Shown here one piece after another: positions 14,601 through 27,775 of a stretch of 64,000 nucleotides of DNA. The notes under the pieces were generated by a model. That model had not been told where the DNA came from. It worked only from the letters and a program-made list of their open reading frames with translations, and searched no databases. How positions within the stretch are numbered: the stretch's first letter is position 1; every line of letters begins with the position of its first letter. The translations under genes were made by a program, and so were the position numbers. The stretch is from Bugula neritina (Eukaryota > Animalia > Bryozoa), in contig OZ037765.1 in NCBI GenBank assembly GCA_964035545.1, positions 30,813,504 through 30,877,503 of the forward strand, read 5' to 3'.

Positions 14601-17003
14601 TTAGAAGTTAGAACTGCAAATTCAACATCTGCTGGCATATTTTTACAAACTATTAGATTTAAATGAAACCTAAATAACAACTGATGCACTAACAAAAACA
14701 GTATCTGTAGGTCAGGTATTATGTTATGCTGCTTTTATTTGATAGCCTAAGTAAATATCTAGACTACTGTACGCTTACCTCCACCTTCCACAATCTTACG
14801 AATATGTTCCTTGTCACTCAGGTTAGACGAGGTAATGACACAACCGAGAAATATCGGGCATTTAAACTTCTTCAAATAGCTCTTCTCTTTCGCATCAAAT
14901 AACCTGCCAGCATAATTTAAGAGAAACTAGATCAAGTCAATAGCATACAAAAAGATAACACAACTAATTTATTAAGCACCAAGAGTAACGAAAACATGTT
15001 AGTAGCTGATTATACCGTATTTATTAGTTTCCAAGGTATAAAAAACAGAGCTCATGCATGAAGTAAAGTGTTTTAGCTGAAAACATTTTATTTCATTTCT
15101 GACAGGAGTTGTGGGGTCAAGAGACTCAACAATTAACTTTCCATCAAGAGTCCACCAAACTGCTGAGCCATTTCTAAAATTTTATTTGCGCTGCAGTATT
15201 TTATTAGAAGTATATTATTATATATTATATACTATTTAAGGTGACTACTAAAGCAAGGAATGAGACAGCTCTCTGTCCAACCATGAACCAGTAAGCGTAT
15301 TCTACCTGGTTTGGCAGAGTTCCAAGCTCTGGCTGACCCATTCTTGTGTGAGGATGGGAATGCCGAGGTTACAGGCAGCCTGGTACTTCTTGGAAGAGAC
15401 TTCCTGAGCTACGAGATGCGTGGTTGATTTTACTAGACTCTTTGTGCATCTACCGCCTAGCCATTCTATCAGCTTGACTAAAGTTGCCTGGTAACGCAGA
15501 TTCAGATTACATACAGATGCATACGAGTGCGACAAAGCCTGCGAATATACAGTTAAATGATGCAGTCGATATGGAACTAACTAGATAATTTTCACTAAGC
15601 AAATTTTATACTATGCACACATAGGGTTCAGTAATATGTGCACTTACAAGATAGCGACATACATGTATAAGTATATTATATTAGAGCCTACAAGATAGCG
15701 ACATACATGTATAAGTATATTATATTAGAGCCTATGCTAGTTACAATCAGGTGATTGAATGACTAACTTCGGACATTGGTGACATCAATTAGTTATTAAA
15801 ATTAATAAAAAAAACCGAGAAATTGGCTGTATGATGTAAATACTTAAATAACCTATTGAAAATATATATTATTGAGCTATAATTATATTATAAATTGTCA
15901 TAATATATAATTAATACTATTGTAGCTCACCCTTTGTGCAGTAGGTACACCAGTTAAAGTGACGCTGGCTCCACTCATGCACATAGAATACACTGGGTGC
16001 TCTGCTACCGGTAAATTCTGGCCAAAGAGAAAACTGGCATATAATTTTGGTTAGCAACAAAAGAGAAATAAAATGTATTAGGAATTAGTATGAGCTATTG
16101 TATTATTATAAATTATAATATATGAGCTTACAGCCTTTTCACCCAATTTTTCTACCCATAATATAATGCCACAACTCTGGTTTATAATTAGAACTAGATG
16201 GTTATGAGCTCATGTAGCAGGTATTAGTGTTAGTGAATTAGATCAGATGAAATTTTTCGCTGAGAAACTTGGATTTGTCACACACTTGGTTTATTGATAA
16301 CATTATTCTGTAAAATCAAATTAAAATTTATCAAATAATAACTTGCCTCTGAATTTGCTAAGCAGTGCAGCACACAAGGAGCTCCGAGAATTCTGAAACA
16401 GAGACAATTTAAAAAGCAAATAAACAAACTATGAATATAAAGTAGCAACCATCAAATCTCGAAATAAAATTTATTATCAGAAATACAATTAAATGACTGT
16501 CATAGAATAGTTACTCGGGCAACTAAAAGAATTACCTGGCATTATGTTTTAGCAGCTGTTCGTACGCAGAGCATTCGAAGCTGTCCAGAATGTAGACCTC
16601 ATTTTTACTGACAGATTTAATGCTTAGAGAGTCACCAGACAATTTAGTTGGATTTAACCCAGCATCCTGACAAGCCTAAAACACAACGAGACTGTTTTTA
16701 ATTATAATTTTTATATTATTTCACACTAAATTCCGAGAAATTTCTCATTTTTATCAACAGTAATATAATCTGAAACAAATTATGTTTAAAAATGCAAACA
16801 TTTAGGTAACATCTACAGAAAAATTTCCAACAGACTGCTTATAGTTATTATGGTGACAAACTCTAACTTTTAAATATAATCACAGTTATTTCACGCACCT
16901 TCAGTGATTGTTCAAATATTTCTTGACATGAACTTCCACTGTTTGTTGATATAAAGCATACAACTGGCTCTTCTTCTATCTCCGCAGTGCTCTCCAATGA
17001 CAT
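2574..17003 (-). CDS. TOPBP1: DNA topoisomerase II-binding protein 1 (multi-BRCT scaffold, ATR activator); 3'-partial
   Basis: 26 phase-consistent exons: 16899-17003, 16536-16675, 16347-16392, 15931-16017, 15306-15487, 14779-14903, 14299-14364, 13870-14022, 13226-13443, 12673-12746, 12267-12347, 11763-11900, 11452-11552, 10827-11040, 10223-10412, 9596-9765, 9023-9151, 8431-8498, 8263-8315, 7445-7627, 6847-7086, 6257-6334, 5179-5247, 4860-5020, 4622-4774, 2574-2784 (3435 nt). TOPBP1-type motifs: AEHPVYSMCM, THLVAQEVSSKKY, FKCPIFLGCVI, ECTHLVVEKPEGQKY, DSNPLFTP, ALYPYNY, and the ATR-activation motif SQGAALVTWEDSTSRNER. The last exon ends at the start of BRCT7 (VFQFSGFSNE) followed by a GT donor. 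No further exon was found in 1-2573. Confidence 0.93.
3375..3540 (-). mobile_element. tRNA-derived SINE in a TOPBP1 intron
   Basis: The - strand reads GCAGCTGTGGTCTAGAGGTTAGAGCG (Pol III A-box-like) ... GGGTTCGAACCC (B box, 3479-3490), then a non-tRNA body (GGTGATGTTAGGAAGAGCATCCAGTC...). No acceptor stem closes. The 3' boundary is approximate. Confidence 0.7.
3545..4595. repeat. Minisatellite, 23-bp unit TATACATACTGATATACATATAY, about 45 copies
   Basis: Directly visible tandem array with C/T variants, lying between the SINE head and a TOPBP1 donor site. Confidence 0.97.
5618..5656. repeat. (TA)n microsatellite
   Basis: Pure TA run in a TOPBP1 intron. Confidence 0.95.
9411..9586. repeat. 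Minisatellite, 18-bp unit AACCTACATAGTAAGTAT, about 10 copies
   Basis: Visible tandem array; it explains the repetitive ORFs at 9349-9618. Confidence 0.95.
15645..15733. repeat. Direct tandem duplication of about 43 bp
   Basis: TACAAGATAGCGACATACATGTATAAGTATATTATATTAGAGCC occurs twice in succession. Confidence 0.9.
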
Positions 17004-17178
17004 AACGACTGAAATATAAATATTAGTTAGACTAAAAATTAAGAACTACTAGTCACCAAATCGTTGATAGTAACTATTTTAATTACAATTAAAATATCCA
17101 AACTTCGCTACATGTTAGAATAGATACATTTCAACATATGATAAACCCAAACAAAAACAACATAAGAGGCACTCATAA

Positions 17179-17187
17179 TTTTGCGCC
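17179..17187. promoter_or_regulatory. E2F-like site near the TOPBP1 5' end
   Basis: TTTTGCGCC, one mismatch from TTTSSCGC, about 180 bp upstream of the ATG. TOPBP1 is an E2F target in mammals. The motif is short and could be chance. Confidence 0.25.
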
Positions 17188-17309
17188 TGTAGATGTTAGC
17201 AGAGTGTTCTAATTTTTACGAGGCCAGTTACCATAACTGTACTTATAGTTATAGTTATACTACTCTCATTCTACTTTGCTTTGCTAGGCTTAGTCTTAGA
17301 TCTAGCTAA

Positions 17310-19100
17310 GACTAGTAATACTATTACTATTAGTGATAGTATTGCCTACTAGTACTAGTACTACTACTAGCAATAAACGTAGTAACACTAGTAGAGTACC
17401 AGTACTGACACTAGTAGTAGTAACGCAAACAGTAATAACTATTACTATAAATATAAGAGTAATACTAATACTAACACTAATAGTAATGGTAATACTTATA
17501 CTAATAATAATACTAGTAGTGGTGTTACTGCTGGTGAAGTACTACTATATTATAATTATATTATAATTTATTAGTACTACAATTAGTATTAGTATTACTA
17601 TTATTATTATTATTACTAATAGTATTACCATTACTGTTAGTATTACTATTAGTATTAGTATTACTATTAGGATTACTATTAGCTACTATTAGTATTTTAC
17701 ATTTAAATTATTTAATTTTATAATAATATTAATTATAATAATTAAATGTAGCCTAACAGTAATAGTAATAGTAATACTAATAGTAATAGTAATACTAATA
17801 CTAATAGTAATAGTAATACTAATAGTAATACAGTAATACTAATACTAATAGTAATACTAATAGTAATACTAATAGTAATAATCATAACTTATTACTTAAT
17901 TTTAAATCATAAAGATAATCATAAAATTAAATAATTTACTTGATCGAATTCGATGATTACAAATATGTGTCAAGTTATAAATATTAAAAGTTTAGGCATG
18001 TGCAATCATCAATGAATGTAAGAGTATAATTATGAAATTTAAATAGTGTTGACTATTGCTAAAATGCTATCACTATGATTCTCTTTTAAAATCCCACTAA
18101 ACAAGTACTTTATTATCTTTTCGAGCAAAGACTTTGACATTATTTTGACCTTAAAAATATTTTGATTCGAATCAGTAAACCGATCTTATAAATTATATGC
18201 TTTGATTGATAAGTGCGAGCAAATAAACCGAAATTGCATAGAGCGCCTTGCATCCGGGGAAATCTGTAAACAATAATAATTATTATCACATCGATATTGA
18301 CATAACAAAAGTAAGAGTAAGTTACTACTTCAAAATATTATTATTTGTATTGGTATAGAATTAATTTGATCGATGTTGCAACTTTTTCTTGAATTTGTAA
18401 TTGTTAACATAATTTCAGTTTCAGTTTGGTCACTTTTGCAAATTCAAATTGAAATTATCTGCATGATGGTTTCATGATCAATTTGAATTTGAATTTGAAT
18501 TTCAAATATTAGATTTAATGATTAATAAATAATGATTATGATATTAATGTTAATTAATATTATTATCATTATGATTTTATTATTATAATTATCATTATTT
18601 ATTCTCATTGTGATTATAATTAACTTATACTTATTAGTTATTAGTTATTATTTAATTAATATTAGTTATTGTCAATAACTGATAAGTGAATACTGAATAT
18701 GAATATCATTACCTATTTCATTTTCTGAGACTAAAAGTAAATCTATTACTAATAGTAATACTAATAAAAATACTAATACTATTACTAATACTAATGGTAA
18801 TACTATTAGTATTACTATTAATAATAGTAAATGTAATACTAATACTAATAGTAATACTTATAGTTATAGTTATAGTAATTTATACTAATACTAATACTTA
18901 TACTAATAGTAATATTCATATTGAGTAATACAGATTGAGATACTCACTCACAGTTAGTGTTACTGATAGGGTAATACCGAGTCTGATAGTGATGCTATTA
19001 CTATTACTAATAGTATTAGTGTTATCAATTATGAGCTACTGCCATTACTATTAGATTTATCTTTGCTTTTAGTATATTACTAACAGTGTTGGTAACAGTA
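17310..19100. repeat. Low-complexity 3-periodic TAG/TAA/TAC tracts between TOPBP1 and MAF1
   Basis: Degenerate (TAGTAA)n and (TACTAA)n runs at about 17310-17890 and 18500-19100, separated by higher-complexity sequence. Confidence 0.85.
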
Positions 19101-19869
19101 ATTGTTATTGTAAATCAAGAGAAAGATATAACATTTAATAATAATATACATAATTTACAATTAGTATTACATATGTAAAATTTGTAATAGAATTAGAATA
19201 GCAGTTTTAAATATAATTATCTCAATTACAATGTCATTTTATATGTTGAATGATGTACTGAAGAAATAAGTATCAATAGTATTGAAATACTGAGTAGGTT
19301 GTTGGTGTGTTATATAATGATTATGAGCAGCAGTAAGCTAAACTATCTTTCAATAAAACTGAATCGTTTTAGTTGAATTTTTTGTCAGAAATTTACTGTT
19401 TTAAAATATTAGTAGGCCTTTGAATACATAACTGACTTTTCATTTATATCACCTAGTTAAAACTTGTGAAATTTTTCTAGCCAGTATTTCTAATATGCAT
19501 AATTAACCATAAATTACGTAAACTGAAACTGATAATTTTGTATGCTTTTTGTTGAAATTTGTTTGTCATGTGTTACAGGTTTTAGTGAGAATTTTACAAG
19601 AAGATATCGGATTTCTTACACGGCGATCACATTAAAGCACAAGACAACACTTGTGCTACATAATACTCAAAGGTTGAACCTTGACTTTGGCAATGCAATT
19701 TGGTTTAGTCAAACTTACTGCTTGCAAACTCGGACATCCTGACTACATCTACAAAAACTGTTCCATTTTAAGTACACCGTTACCCGTTTTAGCGAGTATA
19801 TTACTTCCTGTTTGGTGCTGAATAGTGGGACTGTTGTATCAAGAGTGTGCAATATAAATATCATATAAC

Positions 19870-22800
19870 ATGAAGTTTCTGGAAAACAATAAATTTAATG
19901 TGTTGAACGGAGCGCTTTCCTCCGAATGTGAGGGATATCGACTAGATGGAAGGTACGGACTTTGCCCTTGTATATAAACACTTTCACTTTGTTAGTCTGT
20001 AATTGAATAAGACTAGTGATTTCAGATATTCCATGAATGTAAACAGTTTGTGTGATTGAATAAATATTGATCTTCTGTTAACATTTTGGGATAGTATAGG
20101 AAAGAATGTGATCAGATTGAACTGGTAGTGAAGTGCAATTGTGGCTGTTTTGTAATGCGCCCATTCTATCACTCACTTGCAGTTCTCATAATCAGATAAT
20201 CAGCCAACTATACTTCAAACCTTGGGATATAAATTTTATTATATAAAATTATGCTCAAATGAATTCTATGGTTTTGTTCATAATATGTCATTGTATGATA
20301 TGCTGGTGTGCACTTGCCTGTATATAGCATTCTTTTCTCATGACTCACCTTTGCTTGACTTTACCTGACTTCATATGACTCGTCTTTACCTGACTTGTCT
20401 CTACTTGACATTATTTCGTTGTCAGACTGGAAAGCTACAGCTGTAAAATGACAAGCAGTGACAAGAAGCTGTTTAAGAATGTGATGCAAGGAATGGATGG
20501 TGGAAGTGGTCCAAATGATTTACATGCATTATCTCCCCCTCAGTCTGTTCTCTCTAGGAGTCCGTCTAGGTATGTACTAAGTATATTATATAGCTGTTAT
20601 ATTAATACATGTGTATATACCAATAGTATATATACTAGTACATTTGGAATGGACTGAAAGTGAAAGTAAGTTTTTTCACTTGCTGTGTGGCCATAGCATC
20701 AAGTCTACCGGTTGCCAGTAATCTAAATGGACTGGGTATCTTGAGTTGTAAGAGTAAAAGAATGTTAGCCCAACTATGAGGTACAATGGAAGTTTTAAGT
20801 AGCCTTGGTGAATTTTCATGTGCATGGTTATAAATTTGAAGCTACCAAATTTCTGTGGTCTGGGTAATAGAGCAATTTTTTGCTTTTATAAAAACATTTG
20901 CTCTGTCAACACATTTAGTTAGAAACTGTAGACAGGGTTTTCCCCTCAGATGGTAACTTAGACCTTTTCACTATCTGCAGTGAATTTCCACTGAACAGTT
21001 TCACTGTAAACATGGCAATAAACCAAGAAGGAAGCAATTAGTATAGTTCTGAGGGGTGTAGGTTATGAGGTATATTTGTTATACAATGGGTTATTTCTCG
21101 CTCATTACTATTGATAATAACTTAATAATTATCAGTCATGGCTTCTAAGTTTGAATTATTCATAAGGATGCAGCAGTTCCTTCTGGTTCTGTATTAGTCA
21201 CTGGCATCTTGAATAGTAAATCACTGAGCTAGTACCTGATGGTTTATGTACATGGTGCTCTTTACTGTAGTAATAGTTGTTGGAATTTGTTTTATCTTCA
21301 GTTGGCTTACAGTCTTGACTTGACAAGTTCGAACTTGTTTACATTAACTCCAATGCACACACCTTACAGCTCCCTACTACTTTCAGTGTGGTCATTAAAG
21401 TGATTAATTGTTTTGCCATCACGTGTCCAAATAACCTAACCACATAGCTCAGCCAGACATATTTGTCTTCTTTATGCCATGTCTGCTTACCCTGGGGATC
21501 ATTGCCTGGATTTGACCAAGAGATAAAACCATCAACTGGTACATCTGATGTGTAAACCATTCCCTCTGTATAATATAGTATAGTCGGACATCTTTTTATG
21601 GTAGTATAAAGGCAGAACTAGTATCACATTGCCCTAAGATTACTTGTGGCATTTAGGTGCAGTAAATTTTAATAGCCCTAAGTTTTGTGTCTTTTGTTTA
21701 GCTTGAGGTTTAGGTTAAAAATCTTGCTTATTTGCCTATATTTCTCATCTTGAATACAGGCTTTTTTTAATTTCTCCATTACTGCACCCACCTACAATCC
21801 ACAAACTTTATGTGTTTTCTAACCCCACAAAGTATAAATTTAATGATCTTCTACACATTATTTTAATGTAAAAAATGTGGACCACCACAATCAATTTTTC
21901 AAGCAAGTAAAATTTCTGAAAGTTTGGGACAGATATTTGAATGTAATGTTCAAGTTTATTTTGAATATAGAGCCTAAGACTACTGGATATTTCTTCAAAG
22001 TAAACTGTAACCAAGCAAAACAGCTCAAACCTATTATAGTTGGAAAATCTATTTCAGCAATAAGAGTCGTCCATCCTTTCAAATCTATACAGCTATAAAC
22101 ACTCTACTTGTGTGCTGCGGAGTTGCTTATCATAATGATTATTATTTACAGACATGTATCAGGACATAGTCTGAGTAGCGATGATGGCGCAGGTTATCTT
22201 TGTGATACGATAAGCACCAAGTCACTGTTCTACCTCATCTCTACTCTCAATGACTCATTCGCCGAGTATGATTTCAGTGACTCTAAAGGAGACGAGTTCA
22301 GTAAGGAACCCAACTTGCAGGTGAATTCTCCTACTGGAATTGTCCACTCTCTTTATGTTACGAAATCCATGTATATACTAGCCTTCTATTGTGTTAGGAA
22401 GTTAATAATACTACTAGTGATACAGTTGCGTGTGTAGTACAATCTGTGTACATAGAAGCAATTTTTTTTCTTTACAATGATATTAAGATGACTAGATTTT
22501 GTATTACATTTAAATATATTGTAAATAGTTCAATAGTTTTTGTGAAATATTTTTGAATTTGATACTAATTTTTATTTTCATATAATGCTAAGAAATGTTC
22601 GGTAGAAGTGTGCTGTTGAACCTTGTGATCATATATTACCCAGCATGAAGGGGAGCCCTTTTGGTTATACCATCAGACCAACTGTAACTAGTTAGTTGTC
22701 TTCTATAATATTAATGTTTTGCGTTACTCATTGCTTGTTTACTTGGGAGTTCATCCCCCTTGACTATAACTAAATGACCAATATATTGTGCTGACAACTC

Positions 22801-24086
22801 CCATGTTTCTGTTACAGTCTGTGGTGACTGCTATTGATACTCAGCTGACTCCAGTGATACCAGGTTATGACTCATTGAAGCCCGATATGTGGGCTGCCAT
22901 TGATGAGGAAATCTCATTGGCCGAGTGCGATGCCATATACAGGTTTGTTGTTCGGGTAGTTTGCAAGGAAAGCATGTAAATAACCAAGGAAAACTTGTAA
23001 ATAACCAAGGAAAACTTGTAAATAACCAAGGAAAACATGTAAATATAAACAAGGAAAACATGTAAATATAAACAAGGGAGGGATTGCCCCAGTACCCTCT
23101 ATCTCATATTGTCTTTTGCATGCTACAGTCAGGGTAGATGGCAAGTTCGTTTTTGAAACTTGCTGTTTTACTTATTTTGATTAAATATTTTTGTTTTTAC
23201 GAAGTGATTTGCATTTCACTAGTTTCAACATATGTCCAACAATCAGAAGATACTGTTCTGGTGAATTCTGTGATCATTAGTTAAATGCTGATGACTAAAC
23301 ATTCATTTGGTTTATAAAAGCCTCTAATAATTGATATAGTACTTTATTCTTAGCAACTAACTTGTATTCATCATGAAAACTCTGTTTTAACACTTGCAAC
23401 GATTGCAGCTAGTCTATATGCCACTACTATGTATCAATGTTGAAATGTGAATTGTAGTTATAACCCTGATCTCTCGAGTGACCCTTTTGGAGAGAGCGGA
23501 CAAATCTGGGGCTTTAATTATTTCTTCTATAATAAAAAGCGAAAGAGAATTGTATTCTTCAGTTGCCGATATTCAACTAAGTAAGTGATGATGTTATCCT
23601 GGTGCAGGTTTATAACTGCTGCTTCAGAGTATACTGGTCACACTTAGTTGCTTTCAGATGTTTCTGAATTTACCTGTTTTATATATTGGACTTTTTAACC
23701 TGCACCAACTTTCATTTCTGAGTTTTACTTGTATGCTTCTGCCTGCATTTCCACATATTATTGGTATAAAAGGCGTGTTAAATTGTTTTTACTTGTAATC
23801 CTGATAAATCGGCAAACAGTATAGTTTGTCACAAAGAGCCATGTTTGATGTAATACAGAGACTTACTGAATATTACCTTCATATCTGAATAACTTGTTCC
23901 TTTGATCAGTATAAAAGAGAAAGTCCAATGACTATAGTACACATTGAGCATTATAAAAGCATTAGGAAAAGCAAAGCTGCTGTAATATTCTGTAGTTACT
24001 TGGATTTGGAAGGCGAGGATGAGTCATACGACCTGGGATACTCGACAGCAGACATGAGCTATGATGACACAGCTGACATGGATTAA
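19870..24086 (+). CDS. MAF1: Repressor of RNA polymerase III transcription MAF1, 244 aa
   Basis: Exons 19870-19952, 20426-20569, 22152-22320, 22818-22942, 23458-23580, 23996-24086 (735 nt, all GT-AG, in frame). Motifs: MKFLEN...[60 protein letters not shown], acidic C-terminal tail. Confidence 0.97.
22966..23075. repeat. Minisatellite, about 21-bp unit TGTAAATAACCAAGGAAAACT, about 5 copies
   Basis: Visible array starting just after the MAF1 donor at 22943. Confidence 0.9.
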
Positions 24087-24984
24087 TTCAGGAGTCAGTT
24101 AATTCACTGGTTATCTTTATGTTTGTGTGAGTCAATAGAACACAGTCATTATTCCAATGATGTCCAACATGTAAATCTAATTCCTAATACTCCTAGTCTG
24201 GTGCTTGCAAATTAGTTGTATCAGTTTTCCCACCACTGTTACATCCTGCACCTTGATTAAGTGAATGCAATTAGCAATAAGTTCTTCATAAAATAATGTA
24301 TTGATTAGACACAAGGAAGAGGGAAAAGTGACAAGGAATGAAGTTGAACCAGTAGATGTTTTTCTCATTCCTTTATAATCTGTATAGCATTTAGGTGTAT
24401 ATATTATTATTTCATAGCCTATGTTGTAGGTGCTGCCTGGAGTAAAGCTGTCAGATCAAGTAGAACAATAGCTCTCAACTCTCACAGGGCTTCTTCATTG
24501 ACATGGCTTTATGCTGAAGTGTCCAAGCTGGATCTGTGCATGCTCACTGCTTTATTATTTCATTTATAATATAGCCTTTTCACCTGTCTGTACATTACGC
24601 CTTTGTTGATATGAACTGTATGTCAAAACTCATGAATATTTACTTCCTTTAATAATTTATTCACTCTTAGCGAGTGAAGTTGGAGCTTTATGGTTATGGC
24701 ATACCAATTGTTGTAATAATTTCTTTCACAATCAACTGTTTATTTTCATATATTAAGTTTTCTTCTTGCTTCTATATGAATTTCAAAAAAGCATATGCAT
24801 TCATTTCCCTGCCAGTTAATATTTAGTATTATATAACTGCAGTACTGCAGTTCACAGTTTCTGGCATATACCAATTTCATTAAAGCTAGCATGTATTATT
24901 GTCATAATATTTTATTTCTTTACAAAATATTATAATAAGTATTTTTTTACAGTCCTACTCATTATATAATTAGATATACTCTAA

Positions 24985-24990
24985 AATAAA
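24985..24990 (+). terminator. Candidate MAF1 polyadenylation signal
   Basis: AATAAA about 900 nt after the MAF1 stop codon. Confidence 0.4.
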
Positions 24991-25192
24991 TACATATAAT
25001 ATACGAACACTCGTTTATTCAACACAATTCTGTTACATTTTCAACTCTTATCTACTCTGGTTGGAGACATGATACCTACATCTCAAAACATGTCCAAGAG
25101 TGTGTTGTGTGACTAACATCTGGAGGAATGTGTACGCCGACTTCAAACATCATGTTTTGAAAGTTGAGCCACAGTCAACATCACAACAAAGT

Positions 25193-25398
25193 CACACCTG
25201 GCCATGTTAACTCTTTCTGCAGCATTTCTCTACACACCTGGCCATGTTAATTCTTTCTGCAGCATTTCTCTTATACATCTGGCCATGTTGGCTCTTTCTG
25301 TAGCATTTCTCTACACACCTGGCCATGTTAACTCTTTTTGCAGCATTTCTCTTATACACCTGGCCATGTTGGCTCTTTCTGTAGCATTTCTCTACACA
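25193..25398. repeat. Minisatellite, alternating 40/41-bp units, about 5 copies
   Basis: CACACCTGGCCATGTTAACTCTTTCTGCAGCATTTCTCT(T)A. The 81-bp dimer explains the 27-aa repeats in ORFs 25204-25455 and 25207-25407. Confidence 0.93.
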
Positions 25399-26007
25399 CA
25401 CAGACAAGTTCTACACCCTAAAAATCTCACTTGGAATAAGTATAACAATACTTAATGCTTTATCTAATGCCGCAATAGTTTAGTTAAGGCACATGATGAA
25501 CTGTTCCATTAAGTAAAATGCAATCAACATAATATATCAACAAGAGATTTATTGAAAAGTTGTGTATTATAATTATTTGTATGCTTTGTAATATATTATA
25601 TGCATGCATGCACTTCTTGTAATATTTGATGTGTGATTTTAAATAAAAGAAGCTAATATAATGAATATAATATTGTGATACTAGTAGCCGGAAAACAAAT
25701 TATTATTAATTGACATGTGATATAAATAATTATAATAAGAAATGTATAGCCTATTACTTTTATTTGTAATAAAACATATGTAATGTAATGTAATATAATA
25801 TCATTTACGTGAGTTTATATAAGGTTATACATTCTAACTTTTTGGTTAAAACTAATAAGCTCCAACAACTACATTCTTCTTGACTGAAATGTTCAACATA
25901 GCTTTAATTACTAATAGTAATGGGTAATTTCAAAACCCACGCATTTAAATTTTAAGCAGTGAAGCTCAAAAGTTAAAGTTTTTTTATTTAGTGTCGTGAA
26001 GATACAA

Positions 26008-26018
26008 GCCGCCATCTT
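26008..26018. promoter_or_regulatory. YY1/Pho-type motif, probably marking the promoter region upstream of the SPSB gene
   Basis: GCCGCCATCTT matches the CCGCCATNTT consensus and is an isolated GC-rich island in AT-rich DNA, upstream of a probable 5' UTR exon (donor AAG|GTGAGT at 26790/26791). Confidence 0.45.
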
Positions 26019-27724
26019 TTGCTTGTGCTTATTTTCCAGGTGTTGAGAGCTATTTACTCTATATACCATTTCTGTAGAGTTTTGGGAATGAATTACATTT
26101 TAATATTTACTAATTAAAAATAGTGCATACCGTGTCAGTCAGTGTGTTAATTATCTTACCTGGAGAATTATATTCAATATACAAAATTCCATATATTTAA
26201 TCACATTACAGTTTATATATAAACTTTGTTCCAGATGATTGCTATCTGACATACTAAATATAGTGCAGAGTGCCTTGCCTAGTTACAGTCTCTAAGTTTG
26301 TCCCTGATATGAATAGTTTTTAGTACACAGAAAAGGTGACACTCCTTTCATATCACAGCCTTTTGTTTCAGCTTTTCATACAGTTTGTTGAGCTGCACAG
26401 CATTTTAATCGAAATTTATCCACACACTTTTTATATTAAAATTGTTCATCATCGTTATACCTGCAATATATACCTAATGTAATTACATATCTACAGTAAT
26501 GTTCAGGTAAGTACATGAGAATATTATTTATAGCCATGGAAATGATGCCAGCGGTGGCAGCAGTGACATTAGTGGCAGCACACATATAGAATATATAATT
26601 AGAACAGTCACAAGAATGCACGCATGTATTATCCTGCTTGGCAACATCAGCATTATCATGCTTATTGATTGATGTTATATATATAATGTATATCAGAGGG
26701 GTACACGCGAGAGACAGTTCATTCTATTGCTAGTACAATCACAAAGAAGGCTTTCATCTCTGCTCCATCTGTTCTGCTTTAAACATTAAGGTGAGTGAAA
26801 CTTTAAAAGCATGAGAGTATATGAGAGTTATGCAATTTACTATATCCTATACATCATGTATCTGGTGTTATTTAATCTTTACTGCAATGCTCTGTTAGGT
26901 TTTTAGAAGAATATTTTTTGTAAATTTGTGTTACTTTGATAATCCTATCCTAATTACTCTATTTAGGCATTAAAAGTGTAGGAAAGTTGTTAATAAACCA
27001 GATGCTAGATTATTGAAGGTCTTATATTGATGCTTATTAGTAAATAATTATATTTTATAAGTTAAACATAAAACAGGCTACAAATATCTTAGTTTAGTTA
27101 TTCCACCAGTTGAACTGATTTTTCTATTAGTATTCATATTGCCTGATGTGTCACACACAATTGTTTTAGAGACTTTTAATTTTTGGTCAACATTTTCTTT
27201 AATTTTGTCAACAAAGACTTGAGTCATTTCTAGATTGATGTTTCACTTCAAACATTACAGATTAGCTTGTGCTGGAATATTGGAGTAGAAATAAGAATGT
27301 CAACTACGAAATACTTCAAATATTTCAGCTATGAGTCATATCCAAACTCATGCTTTAAAACAGCACAATGCACCCTTCTTTGTATTACTATTCACTGGTT
27401 ACTGAGCAATACAAACATAATATCTTCCAACTCAACTAGCTATAAACCTAGTATATATAAGTGAGGCTTACATGCCTGCCAAATCAATTTAAAAAGAGTT
27501 TATTATGGTTATTTTTAAGTTCATTTTTTTGTAAAATTATGTTATGGAAGTAACACTCTCGTTTAATCAATTACTTTATTTTCATTATTCTATCAGTTAT
27601 ACCCAGTATGTATATATTTACAATCTGTGATAGCTAGCAACTTTTAGGGCAGGTAGCAAATTACGATGATATGTTTATATACTTTCCATGAGCTACATGT
27701 TGAAAAAGGTGAAAAAATACATTC

Positions 27725-27775
27725 TGTCAGTGGGGTTTGAACCCGTGACACACCTACTCACTGTAGAGCGAGTTC
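27725..27775 (-). mobile_element. Degenerate tRNA-like SINE fragment
   Basis: B-box-like GGGTTCAAACCC on the - strand (27733-27744); no convincing A box. Confidence 0.25.

Noticed and set aside
17333-18928. Hydrophobic I/L/V-rich ORFs as membrane peptides
   Set aside because: They are translations of low-complexity trinucleotide tracts.
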